The notes under the pieces: generated by a model
The model's input: the letters and a program-made list of their open reading frames with translations, nothing else
Told to the model about the DNA's origin: nothing
Databases searched by the model: none
From: Nitrospinaceae bacterium
GTDB lineage: Bacteria > Nitrospinota > Nitrospinia > Nitrospinales > Nitrospinaceae
DNA length: 64,000 nt
Reading direction: 5' to 3'
Assembly (NCBI GenBank): GCA_965237905.1
Contig: OZ250172.1
Span: 1,920,001 to 1,984,000 of the forward strand
Made by a program: the position numbers and the translations under genes
In this document: positions 1 to 9,443 of the stretch, piece by piece
Position numbering within the stretch: position 1 is the stretch's first letter
How the letters are laid out: each line of letters opens with the position of its first letter

Positions 1-309
1 AAGAGTATGCACAACATCACTCTACTTTCCGGCGGCGAAAAAACGATGACCGCCATCGCCCTCATGTTTGCCATCCTCAAAGTCCGGCCCAGCCCGTTCT
101 GCCTGCTGGATGAAGTCGACGCACCACTGGACGAGGCCAACGTCGTCCGCTTTCAGGAAATGCTGAAAGAGATGTCCGACAAAACCCAGTTCATCCTCAT
201 CACCCACAACCAGAAAACCATGTCCTTCGCCGACACCCTGTATGGCGTGACCATGGAAGAACGCGGCGTCTCCAAAGTCGTCTCCGTCCACTTGAACCAA
301 GCGGCCTAA
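1..309 (+). CDS. smc: Chromosome segregation protein SMC, C-terminal fragment (gene begins before the window)
   Basis: LSGGEK signature, [19 protein letters not shown]alker B/D-loop and QFILITH; frame is open from position 1. Confidence 0.95.
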   Translation, partial: KSMHNITLLSGGEKTMTAIALMFAILKVRPSPFCLLDEVDAPLDEANVVRFQEMLKEMSDKTQFILITHNQKTMSFADTLYGVTMEERGVSKVVSVHLNQAA

Positions 310-362
310 CGCGGTAAGCTTATTTAGTTCCTCTCTCTATCTGTAGATCCATTGTAAATGGA

Positions 363-1016
363 GTGTTTATGCGTAACGCAGTGATTCCTTTTCTGCTTTT
401 TATTAGTCTTTTCCTGTCGTCCTGCGCGGTGACCTCACGGTTTCCCCTTTCGCAACTCGAAGAGCATGAGCCTGATCCCCGGCTTACAAGCATATGGTTA
501 TTAAAAGCGGATAAAGAAGAACTATATTTTCATTTCTCGTCTGAGAAAGATGGGAAAAGAGGATTAGCCTTAGTTTCTTATGGTGTGGATGGGAGATTTG
601 GTTTTTATATTTTCGATGTGATTACCACTCCCATTGGGAATCACCGATTTATGAATATCAGAATTTTGCAGATAGGCCATTATGATACTAAAGAAGATGT
701 TCCTTCCTATGTCCTGGCAGAATATGAAATCAATGGTAACGATGAACTTTTTATACGTATGATGTCGCCTGAAGAAGTAGCGGATAAAATTAAGGATGGC
801 ACTCTTCAAGGAACAATTAAAAGTCGAAAAAAGACCGAGGTTTATATTACAGATACTTCAGAAAATTTAATTAAATTTATTGAAAGCTCGGATATCGATC
901 AATTATTCGGCTATCCGCCGATTGAGGAAAAACAATGGCGGGGGCCCTACCAGAAAATAATCCAACCCTTTGCTGATTCTCCGACTGAACAACTCCCCTC
1001 AAAAGAACCTAATTAG
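363..1016 (+). CDS. Hypothetical lipoprotein
   Basis: 217 aa ORF; hydrophobic N-terminus ending in lipobox LSSC; GGAG immediately upstream. Confidence 0.7.
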   Translation: MFMRNAVIPFLLFISLFLSSCAVTSRFPLSQLEEHEPDPRLTSIWLLKADKEELYFHFSSEKDGKRGLALVSYGVDGRFGFYIFDVITTPIGNHRFMNIRILQIGHYDTKEDVPSYVLAEYEINGNDELFIRMMSPEEVADKIKDGTLQGTIKSRKKTEVYITDTSENLIKFIESSDIDQLFGYPPIEEKQWRGPYQKIIQPFADSPTEQLPSKEPN

Positions 1017-1096
1017 TTCCTTTTCCGCGGTTCCCTCCCTCTCAGACAATGCTATAATGCGCCTCATCCCAATCAGCCCGAGGCTCTGGTACTGCT

Positions 1097-2449
1097 ATGG
1101 CAGAAGCGAAGGATATCAACGACAGTCTGGAGTTTCTCCGGTATTTTGAGAAATACACGGAGTCGGAAGACCTGTTGAGCGTGATTCAGCACAAGATGGA
1201 GCAAAACTCCGAAATGCTGGACCTGATCCGTCATGAATTGTCCGAGGACGATTGCAAGCTGTTGGCCGACCTGGCCCCGCTCGCACGCTTGAAGGTGCTC
1301 AATTTAAGGGAAACCAGCCTCACCACCAGCGGCCTGCAACATTTATGCATGTCGCCTCATCTGACCGGCCTCGACGAGTTCATCATCGACAACAACAACG
1401 TGGATGACGACGGGTTGTTCTTCATCTCCAAAGTCAAAACGTTCAGCCAACTCAAAAAACTGAGTGTCGTCAGCAACGAGATCGGTCCGGTGGGACTGAA
1501 AGCGCTGGCGCTCAGCCAGACGTTAACCGGGCTCGAACACCTGGACGTGTCTTATAACCGGGTGGAGGCGATCGGGATCAAGGCGCTGGCTGGCTCCGAT
1601 TTTGGATCGCGTTTAAAAGGGTTGAATTTGACCGACACTGGAATCGGCGACGAGGGCCTCCAGAAAATCGCCGAGGGAACGCCGATGCCACAATTGGAAT
1701 CCCTCAACCTTTCGGACAATCACCTGACGGACCAGGGGCTTGAAGCTTTGGCGCGCTCCGAGGTCTTCCCCAATTTAAAGAACCTCAATCTCGATAGTAA
1801 TCATGTGGGAGACGACGGGGTCTATGCCCTGGCCGAATCCAACCTGAGTGTTCAGCTGGAAGTGCTGAATTTGAAGTGCAACGGATTGACGACGGACAGC
1901 GCACTATCCATTGCGCAATCGAAAACACTTACCCGGCTTATCTCGCTGGATCTCAACAATAACGATCTCCGAGCCGAAGGCACGGCCGCGCTGGCGCAAT
2001 CGGAAAATAGCCAGCACCTGGAGCGGCTTGATCTCGGTGAAAACCAATTGAATGCAGAGGGTGCCGAGGCCATCGCCCAAAGCCCATACCTGACCCGGCT
2101 CAAATATCTCCGTTTAAACGACAACAACATTGCTGACCAAGGGGTGAAGGCTCTCGCTTACAGCAAGACTCTGACGCAGATGGAAGAGTTGCATCTGGAG
2201 CAGGACAATTGGATTCACGCGCAGGGAGCGAAGGCCATAGCGGAATCCACCGCCTTATCCAGCCTGCAGACTCTGGTTCTGGGCTTGAATCAGATTGGAG
2301 ATGAGGGGGCGCATTATTTGGCGGATTCGAAGGTTCTGACTAAGTTGGCCTTTCTCAATGTAATTGGAAACAAGCTGACGGCCGCAGGGGAAGATGCGCT
2401 TCGATATTCCCCCAATTTCCCTAAATTAAAAACGCTGGAGTTAGTGTAA
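1097..2449 (+). CDS. Leucine-rich repeat protein (RI/GALA-like, ~27-aa repeats)
   Basis: About 14-15 repeats of LxxLxxLxLxxNxIGxxGxxALAxS. Confidence 0.9.
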   Translation: MAEAKDINDSLEFLRYFEKYTESEDLLSVIQHKMEQNSEMLDLIRHELSEDDCKLLADLAPLARLKVLNLRETSLTTSGLQHLCMSPHLTGLDEFIIDNNNVDDDGLFFISKVKTFSQLKKLSVVSNEIGPVGLKALALSQTLTGLEHLDVSYNRVEAIGIKALAGSDFGSRLKGLNLTDTGIGDEGLQKIAEGTPMPQLESLNLSDNHLTDQGLEALARSEVFPNLKNLNLDSNHVGDDGVYALAESNLSVQLEVLNLKCNGLTTDSALSIAQSKTLTRLISLDLNNNDLRAEGTAALAQSENSQHLERLDLGENQLNAEGAEAIAQSPYLTRLKYLRLNDNNIADQGVKALAYSKTLTQMEELHLEQDNWIHAQGAKAIAESTALSSLQTLVLGLNQIGDEGAHYLADSKVLTKLAFLNVIGNKLTAAGEDALRYSPNFPKLKTLELV

Positions 2450-2476
2450 TAAATACCCCACTAGGGGTATTTATTA
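2447..2476. terminator. Perfect 13-bp inverted repeat; likely terminator or operator
   Basis: TAATAAATACCCC-ACTA-GGGGTATTTATTA, overlapping the LRR stop codon. Confidence 0.6.
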
Positions 2477-2673
2477 TTGGGTGCGTTATTCTATATACTC
2501 CAATTCTGTTACACCTGATTCGAGTGATGACCATCTAAGAGCAAGGTGCATCATGGAGGGTCAGGACACCAGCTCGCGGCATTATTTTTGGATATTCAGA
2601 ATTTAAGCCAGCCTGAATGGATCAATAGTATTTCTAATTCTTGTTTGCAATTTTCGAGTGAACCACTTTCCTT

Positions 2674-3864
2674 ATGATAGATAAAACTGTTCAGCACGTC
2701 GAAAATATCCAGCCCCTGCGGGAATCCATTATTGGGTTCATGAAAAACCATGGGGAGGATGAAGAAAAATTTTTGCAGGAACTGGAGCACATTGCACAGT
2801 CGGAAGGAGATTTAATGTTCCCGGTGTTGCTGAATGTTTTTACTCAGCTGGACTTCAGCCAGGACGAGGCCAAGGAAATCTGGGGAGGCATATTGAAGCA
2901 CCGCAAGGAAATGAGCGATTCTTTCAAGCGGCAGGTCAATTTGCTGACCGCGATTTGCGATTATTTTTTGACCGTTAAAAAATCCTTTAATTACCCCAAG
3001 GTGGTCGAGCTCAAGGTCTTTGAGGAGGCCAACCATTTCTCCAAATGTGATTCGTTAACCGGCCTGTACAACCGGGGTTACTTCGAAGACGCCCTGAGCG
3101 GCGAAATTTCCCGGGCACGACGCTACGATACGGAATTTTCCATTCTGTTCCTGGATCTGGATGATTTCAAAAAAGTGAATGACACCATGGGACATCTCGC
3201 CGGAGATTTTGTACTCAAGAAAGTGGCGAATCTCATCATCAATGAGAAGCGGGAAGAGGACGTGGTCGTCCGTTACGGTGGCGAGGAATTGGTGGTTATT
3301 CTGCCCGAGACCCACAAAGTCAACACGATCATCAAGGCCGAGCGGATACGAAAGAAAATTCAGGATATGCCTCTCGTTTTCGACGGCAAGGAAATTAAGA
3401 TTTCAGTGAGTGGCGGGATCGCGACCTTTCCGCAGGATGCGGTAGAAGCCGATAAACTGATCCATTGCGCCGACCAGGCTTTATACCGCGCCAAAGCGGA
3501 AGGTAAAAACCGGATTTGTTTATTCTCCATCGACAAGCGCCAGTACGTACGTATTGATTTCGCCGGTGAAATCAAGGTTCAGCCTTTGGGAAAATGGGTC
3601 GGCCAGAGTCAGATCTTTGCCAAAGGCAGGGATCTCAGCCTTTCGGGCATCTTGTTTGAATCTGAAAATCCCATTGAAATGGGAACCAAGATTCAGTTGG
3701 AAGTCCCCATCCCCAGTAAGGACAACCCTATTATTCTGGTCGGAACCGTGGCGCGCGTGGAAGTTTTCGAGGATCACTACGATATCGGCGTTAGCTTTGT
3801 TCAATTGCAAGGGGCCGACCGCAGAGAGCTGAGCTCCTTTCTGAAGGTGATGCCTGTATCCTGA
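2674..3864 (+). CDS. Diguanylate cyclase with C-terminal PilZ domain
   Basis: DSLTGLYNR, DLDDFKKVND, I-site REED, RYGGEEL; PilZ motifs RQYVR and DLSLSG. Confidence 0.9.
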   Translation: MIDKTVQHVENIQPLRESIIGFMKNHGEDEEKFLQELEHIAQSEGDLMFPVLLNVFTQLDFSQDEAKEIWGGILKHRKEMSDSFKRQVNLLTAICDYFLTVKKSFNYPKVVELKVFEEANHFSKCDSLTGLYNRGYFEDALSGEISRARRYDTEFSILFLDLDDFKKVNDTMGHLAGDFVLKKVANLIINEKREEDVVVRYGGEELVVILPETHKVNTIIKAERIRKKIQDMPLVFDGKEIKISVSGGIATFPQDAVEADKLIHCADQALYRAKAEGKNRICLFSIDKRQYVRIDFAGEIKVQPLGKWVGQSQIFAKGRDLSLSGILFESENPIEMGTKIQLEVPIPSKDNPIILVGTVARVEVFEDHYDIGVSFVQLQGADRRELSSFLKVMPVS

Positions 3865-4023
3865 ATCCAGCCGGATTCTCAGGACTCTATTCCAATTTCA
3901 ATCCAATAGCCACTATACACTTGTACCGGTATCCGTCAAAAACTCCGTCGTCGGGTCCAAGTTTTTTGACTCTTTCACACCAGCCAACCCAGCTCGAACT
4001 TCAAACTAATCCCCTAACTGTAA

Positions 4024-4036
4024 TAAAAAATTGATT
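4024..4036 (-). promoter_or_regulatory. Candidate IHF site
   Basis: Minus strand AATCAATTTTTTA matches WATCAANNNNTTR, just upstream of a sigma54 motif. Confidence 0.5.
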
Positions 4037-4069
4037 TTAATGGGTTTATGAGTTCACCTCGATTTTGTT

Positions 4070-4085
4070 TGGCACTCATTTTGCT
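4070..4085 (+). promoter_or_regulatory. Sigma54 (-24/-12) promoter
   Basis: TGGCAC-TCATT-TTGCT with GG-N10-GC spacing, ~50 nt upstream of ATG 4137. Confidence 0.7.
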
Positions 4086-4136
4086 TTAAATAAAAGAGGA
4101 ACCCAATTTACAACCGCTGGAGGTCAACTCACGGTC

Positions 4137-5333
4137 ATGAATATATTGCAGGACCACTCAAGGGAAACTTTAAGGGCTTCCCTGATTCAACAACTCAGTG
4201 CTTATTCACAGAATGAGGATGAATTTTTGCGCCATGTGGATTACCTGGCAGGAACCCAGGGCGAAAAAATTTACCCCGTTCTGCTGAATATCTTCAGCCA
4301 GTTGGATTTTAAGGATGACGAAGCCCAATCCATTTGGCAGGACATGGTTCAGCATCGACAACAGATGATGGACTCCATGGGTCGGCCGGTCAACCTCACC
4401 ACGGCCATTTGCGATTATATGTTGACCGTTCGCCGAGAGTTGATCCATCCCAAAGTGGTGGAGTTGAATCTGTTTGAAGAAACCAGCCATTATTGCAAAT
4501 GCGACCGCCTGACCGGTCTTTATAACCGATCGTATTTTGAGGAGGCTCTCAAGAGCGAGGCGTCACGGTGCAAACGTTATCAAACGGAATTTTCACTCGC
4601 TTTTTTTGATCTCGATCACTTCAAAACAATCAACGATACTTTTGGCCACCAGGCCGGGGATATGGTTTTAAAATCCGTCGCCAAACTGATTCAATCAGAA
4701 AAACGAACCGAGGACATTGCGGCCCGTTTCGGCGGAGAGGAAATCATCCTGATTCTTCCCGGAACTCCAAAATACAATGCTTTGATTATTGCCGAGCGCA
4801 TCCGGCATAAAATCGAATATATGAATTTGAATTTTGAAGGGGAGAAGATGGAAGTTACAGTTACCGGTGGAATCGCCACATTTCCGCTGGATACCGATAT
4901 CGAAACGGAAATGGTGGAGTGTGCCGACCGGGCCCTGTATCGGGCCAAAAGCCAGGGTCGGAACCAGATCGTCCTGTTTTCGGAAGACAAACGCCACAAC
5001 TATCGAATGGGTTTGATCGGTCCCATCAAAGTTCAGGAACTTGGAATGAAAACCAGTCAATTGCCTTCGTTGGGCCGCATCAAAGATCTCAGTCTTTCGG
5101 GTGTGTTGTTTGAATCGCAGAAACCCCTGGATATGGGAAGCCGCATTCAAGTGGAGGTGCCTCTCTCCTCCCGTGATAAACCGTTGGTGATGGTGGGGCG
5201 GGTGACCCGTTTACAGCCGTCGGGTTCCTCTTATGATGTGGGCGCCACGTTTCTGCACTTTGGAGAGCAGGATCGGGTGGACATCAGTAAGCATTTTACC
5301 AGCCTGCTTCGCACTTCCTCTGCCACACATTAA
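4137..5333 (+). CDS. Diguanylate cyclase with C-terminal PilZ domain (paralog of 2674..3864)
   Basis: DRLTGLYNR, RTED I-site, RFGGEEI, RHNYR, DLSLSG; start moved to ATG 4137 (GGAGGT upstream). Confidence 0.9.
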   Translation: MNILQDHSRETLRASLIQQLSAYSQNEDEFLRHVDYLAGTQGEKIYPVLLNIFSQLDFKDDEAQSIWQDMVQHRQQMMDSMGRPVNLTTAICDYMLTVRRELIHPKVVELNLFEETSHYCKCDRLTGLYNRSYFEEALKSEASRCKRYQTEFSLAFFDLDHFKTINDTFGHQAGDMVLKSVAKLIQSEKRTEDIAARFGGEEIILILPGTPKYNALIIAERIRHKIEYMNLNFEGEKMEVTVTGGIATFPLDTDIETEMVECADRALYRAKSQGRNQIVLFSEDKRHNYRMGLIGPIKVQELGMKTSQLPSLGRIKDLSLSGVLFESQKPLDMGSRIQVEVPLSSRDKPLVMVGRVTRLQPSGSSYDVGATFLHFGEQDRVDISKHFTSLLRTSSATH

Positions 5334-5550
5334 CACCCCTTCTATTTCCAAGTATTGTCATTAAGTAACTAATTGTGCGACCATAGGGTATGAGTACTAT
5401 CAAGAATCCCTATATCCGTCATGGTTTCCCACCCGCAGTCATCCGCCCTGCTGTATGGTTTGATCACCGTTTTACTTCAAGTTTTCGTGACATTGGAGAC
5501 TACCCGCCATCCGGGGTATTCAAGCCTCCTATGAATAGAGACTTGAAAGA

Positions 5551-6783
5551 ATGATAGACAAACAACGTCAATCAAGCACCTCGCCCCAAATGGATAAATA
5601 CCAGGGTGTTCTGCTCTGCCCGCAATGCAACCACGATTACCCTGACCTGGCAAATTACAAAATGGTCCCCGATCAAAATGACCCCCTGGCTCAAAACAAA
5701 GGGCCCAACCGGTTTGTAAAATTCCAATGCGTCAAATGCGGAACGATGCTCAAGAAAACCTTGCCGCTGTGGCTAACATATCTTTCAGGACTGGCAATTA
5801 TTCCTGGTTGCATAATTTTTGCTTATATACTTAGTTATTATGCTGGAAATGCGCCTCTTGGATTTGGAGTAAATCAATTTTATGCAGGGCAATATCTTGA
5901 TTCTTACGGAATGGTGATTTCGCTTGTGCTTCCTCCTCTTATTCTAGTATTACTGGCCATATTACTTGAGAGGCCCTACCAACGCCTGGAAAAGTATGAT
6001 CAAAAGTTTATAAGGACTCAAATCATGCATTCCGTTTTTGGTGTAGGGATTATAGCGATCTTTATCTCTGCATATTTTTTGGTTATTTCATTAAATTTGA
6101 TCAAAGATTTCGTCGCCTCCTCGTCAAAACCAGAATACCAAAAGAGAATTGAATATATCCTGAAATACACTCCGCTATGGAAGGGCCCCTTTTATGTCAT
6201 GCATGGTCAGGGTTATTTATTGAACGCTGATTTTGACGCGGCAATAAAAAACTTTGATCTGGGAATCGAAACCATACAGGATCATTCGTACCCTTATTTT
6301 TACCGTGGAATTGCACACCTGTATTCAAAAAATTACGATCAAGCCGAAGTCGATTTAAACACCGCAATCAAAATAAATACCGGGAAGTGGGAACCGGATG
6401 ATATGTATAAAAGGTTGTGGGTTTACCTGGCCAGGGAGAGAAAAAATGGGTCGGGGCAGGAATATCTTGAGACCCTCCAGAACGATTTAAAACCGGGCCA
6501 ATGGCCTGATTCACTTCTCCTGTTGTTTCTTGGAAAAACAGACCCGCAAGAACTTCAAAAAACTTTCGGAAAGAAAGATAAAATTAAAAAATGCAAAATA
6601 TTTTTCTATTCCGCAGTCTATTTAAAAATGAAAGGCCATGATAAAAAGGCTCGGATTGAATTCGAACGCGCCAAAGAAACTCATGCTTCAGGTTGCTTTG
6701 AACTGCATGCCGCCGGGTTTGAATTGGCTGATCTCACTAATAATAAAACCACTATGGATTCATCAAATAACGGAGGCCTATGA
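5551..6783 (+). CDS. Membrane protein: CxxC..CxxC Zn-ribbon, ~3 TM helices, NlpI-like TPR C-terminus
   Basis: CPQC...CVKC; hydrophobic segments; TPR pattern YFYRGIAHLY..YDQAEVDLNTAI. Confidence 0.75.
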   Translation: MIDKQRQSSTSPQMDKYQGVLLCPQCNHDYPDLANYKMVPDQNDPLAQNKGPNRFVKFQCVKCGTMLKKTLPLWLTYLSGLAIIPGCIIFAYILSYYAGNAPLGFGVNQFYAGQYLDSYGMVISLVLPPLILVLLAILLERPYQRLEKYDQKFIRTQIMHSVFGVGIIAIFISAYFLVISLNLIKDFVASSSKPEYQKRIEYILKYTPLWKGPFYVMHGQGYLLNADFDAAIKNFDLGIETIQDHSYPYFYRGIAHLYSKNYDQAEVDLNTAIKINTGKWEPDDMYKRLWVYLARERKNGSGQEYLETLQNDLKPGQWPDSLLLLFLGKTDPQELQKTFGKKDKIKKCKIFFYSAVYLKMKGHDKKARIEFERAKETHASGCFELHAAGFELADLTNNKTTMDSSNNGGL

Positions 6784-8141
6784 ATTTATTTCCGTTCGTC
6801 TATCTTCGCCGGAATGAAATAATAAGACCGGTCCAAAGGTCCCACCTCAAATCTTTGATAAAAATAGGGAATATATTCGCTACCGATCAATTTTCAACCA
6901 ACAAAAAAAACTGGGTGCGATTTGATCAGGCCCCGGAGTATGCAGAATATTTTAAGCACTCTCAATCTGCCGTTTTTCCGGAGGAAAAGGAATTTCAGGG
7001 TGTTTTGGTCTGCCCTCAATGCAAACAGGATTACCCTGATCTGACGGATTACAAGCCATCAGCTACAGAACGCGGGATATCGAACTTTGTACGGCCTAAA
7101 AGATTCAAACCGTTTCCTTGCGTTCAATGCGGAACTTTATTAAAAAAAACATTAGGACCGTTGGCCCCCTACCTGAGAGCCGGAGTTGTTTTCTTCAGCT
7201 TCACGATTTTTACTTATATGTTTAATCTATTTTTGGACCATGAGCCTCTTGGGCTTGGTTTTGACATGTATTACGAAAATCAATATCTGGACAATCCAGC
7301 CATGTTCTTCGTTATGATGATGTCTTGTGTTACTTATTTAATCCCGACAATGGCCATGGAGAAATATTCTCAACGTCTGGAATATGGCGAATATGACAAA
7401 AATCCAGGGCGCGTCCATCATCAATACGCCGCTACCGTTATGGCGGTTATTGTATTGATATTTTTTTCCCTTGGGCTTTACCTTAATATCTGCAAGGATC
7501 TGACCACATTTCAGATCAAACCAACGTTTCACCACAACACCCAAAAAATTCTCGAATGGACGCCTTTATGGAAGAGTCCCTATTACACGGTTCAAGGCCA
7601 GGGCCATTTGTTGAATGGGGAGTTTACCGAAGCGGTTAAAAACTTTGATCACTCCATTGAACTCAAAAAGGACCATTCCTATCCATATTTCTATCGAGGC
7701 ATCGCTCACTATTATCTGGATCAATACGACCTTGCCGAATCAGATTTAAACAAGGCGACAGAGATCGATAGCGGCAAATGGGAGCCAGACGATTTATATA
7801 AAAAACTTTGGATATTTTTAGCCAGAGAGAAGCAAGATAAATCAGGTCAAGCTTATATAAAATCCATCCGCAGCGAATTGACGATGAGTCATTGGCCGGA
7901 TTCTCTATTTTTACTATTTACTGGAGAGATAAAAGCAGACCGTTTAAAAAGTATTCCCAGAAAAAGAGAACGGACCAAAAAATGCCAATCGAATTTCTAT
8001 ACAGGAATGTTTTATAAAATGGAGAAGCGTTACGAAGAAGCCAGGGCGGCTTTCGAGCGCGCACAAGAGACCAAAGCTGAAGATTGTATCGAAATTCATG
8101 CTGCCGAATTTGAATTAGCCGACTTGCCCGATAGTCACTAG
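6780..8141 (+). CDS. Paralogous Zn-ribbon/TM/TPR membrane protein with an extra N-terminal GYF_2-like segment
   Basis: CPQC...CVQC; shares DHSYPYFYRGIAH and GKWEPDD with the upstream ORF; ATGA overlap. Confidence 0.75.
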   Translation: MNLFPFVYLRRNEIIRPVQRSHLKSLIKIGNIFATDQFSTNKKNWVRFDQAPEYAEYFKHSQSAVFPEEKEFQGVLVCPQCKQDYPDLTDYKPSATERGISNFVRPKRFKPFPCVQCGTLLKKTLGPLAPYLRAGVVFFSFTIFTYMFNLFLDHEPLGLGFDMYYENQYLDNPAMFFVMMMSCVTYLIPTMAMEKYSQRLEYGEYDKNPGRVHHQYAATVMAVIVLIFFSLGLYLNICKDLTTFQIKPTFHHNTQKILEWTPLWKSPYYTVQGQGHLLNGEFTEAVKNFDHSIELKKDHSYPYFYRGIAHYYLDQYDLAESDLNKATEIDSGKWEPDDLYKKLWIFLAREKQDKSGQAYIKSIRSELTMSHWPDSLFLLFTGEIKADRLKSIPRKRERTKKCQSNFYTGMFYKMEKRYEEARAAFERAQETKAEDCIEIHAAEFELADLPDSH

Positions 8142-8204
8142 GAAATAGTCATGCAAAGATTCTCTTCACTTACTCGATGTGACATTACCATCCCGAGAGG
8201 TGGC

Positions 8205-9143
8205 TTAACGGCGTCGAAAATACTGAGCGCTTGGCCTGGGGCTGTAGATAAAATTCGCTAGAATCGGCAGGGCTTCCCGGTCGATGGTGACAGGAAAGGG
8301 ATAGTAAGGAGCGGCAGATTTAACCGCCTGGAGCGCCGCCTCATCCAGAACGTTGTACCCGGAACCATTGATCAACTTGACATTCATCAGGTTGCCGTCC
8401 CTGGAAATCTGAAAACGGAGTGTCAGTTGTCCGGTAATTCCCTTGCGCTGGGCTTCGTTCGGGTAATTCCACGCCAGTTCGATCTGTCGCTTGATACGCG
8501 CAAAATAGGAAGCATACTTGGATTCTCGTGTATCCAGGGGAATCGCTTCGCCATCATCCTCAACGGTGTCGGATTCCGTATCCATTGCGGCGTATTTTTC
8601 AGCATCGAATCCATCCAGAAGCGCCAGCGTTCCTCCAGTAATTTTTTTCGGTGACGAGTTGTTGGAAACTTCTCCTTTGTTTTTGGGAAGAGCAAATCCC
8701 TTTTCATACGGACGAAACGGTTTTTTAATTGCTGTAGAGTTGGATTGCGGTGCCGTTTTCTTTTTGGGAGTGGGTTGCGGTCTTTTAGAAACGGACTTTT
8801 TGGTTTTGGGGATCACCGTTTTTTTGCCCTGATGACGCGGGTCCTTTTGGATTTTTCGATTGGAGTGCGCCCGGCTGTCGTAACGCGCAATCAGCTCGGA
8901 ACTTTTAGGCGTTTCCACCTTACGCGGTTTTGGAATTTCCGCAAGGGTCGGAACTTTTTGAGGAGGTGGTTTTTTCTCCGGCGGCAAGTATTTGACTTTC
9001 ACCGCAGGCAATTTGGTCGCGGTTTTCTTTTCATCCGGCATCAACCCCTGGGCCACCATGACGGTGATATGAAGGCACACGGAAAGAAGCACAAACCACT
9101 TGAGCGGTGGGGCCTCCAGAATTTCAAACCGATCGATCGACAT
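8205..9143 (-). CDS. TonB-family energy transducer
   Basis: TM SVCLH motif, Pro/Lys-rich linker, C-terminal WNYPNEAQRKGITG...SGYNVLDEAAL; start chosen at ATG 9143 (GAGG upstream). Confidence 0.8.
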   Translation of the reverse strand: MSIDRFEILEAPPLKWFVLLSVCLHITVMVAQGLMPDEKKTATKLPAVKVKYLPPEKKPPPQKVPTLAEIPKPRKVETPKSSELIARYDSRAHSNRKIQKDPRHQGKKTVIPKTKKSVSKRPQPTPKKKTAPQSNSTAIKKPFRPYEKGFALPKNKGEVSNNSSPKKITGGTLALLDGFDAEKYAAMDTESDTVEDDGEAIPLDTRESKYASYFARIKRQIELAWNYPNEAQRKGITGQLTLRFQISRDGNLMNVKLINGSGYNVLDEAALQAVKSAAPYYPFPVTIDREALPILANFIYSPRPSAQYFRRR

Positions 9144-9443
9144 AACCTCAATATCCTTGACCCAGCGATGTGCGGGGGGCCAAGCATCCTTCATAGATTA
9201 AAATGGGGCCGTATTGCCCTCTCTCCACTGTATAGCATCCCTCCCACCGGGAGCAAATAAAAACTCTGCGAAGTTTCAACAGCAGGAAAAGGATTGAAAT
9301 TTGTGGGCTTAATTATGACCAGTGAGGTAGGGTAGGTCCTGTCGGAGAGAGATAGGGCTGGGCGTCAGGGTGCAATCCTTGAGTTATTTTGCCACAAAGG
9401 TTTTAAATTACCCGTGGCGGTTCGCCACCCAGGTTTTGCCCGG

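Noticed and set aside
2510..2570. Possible structured RNA upstream of the first cyclase (CCTGA..TGATG..CATCA..TCAGG)
   Set aside because: Only short imperfect stems and no riboswitch consensus I can recognise.
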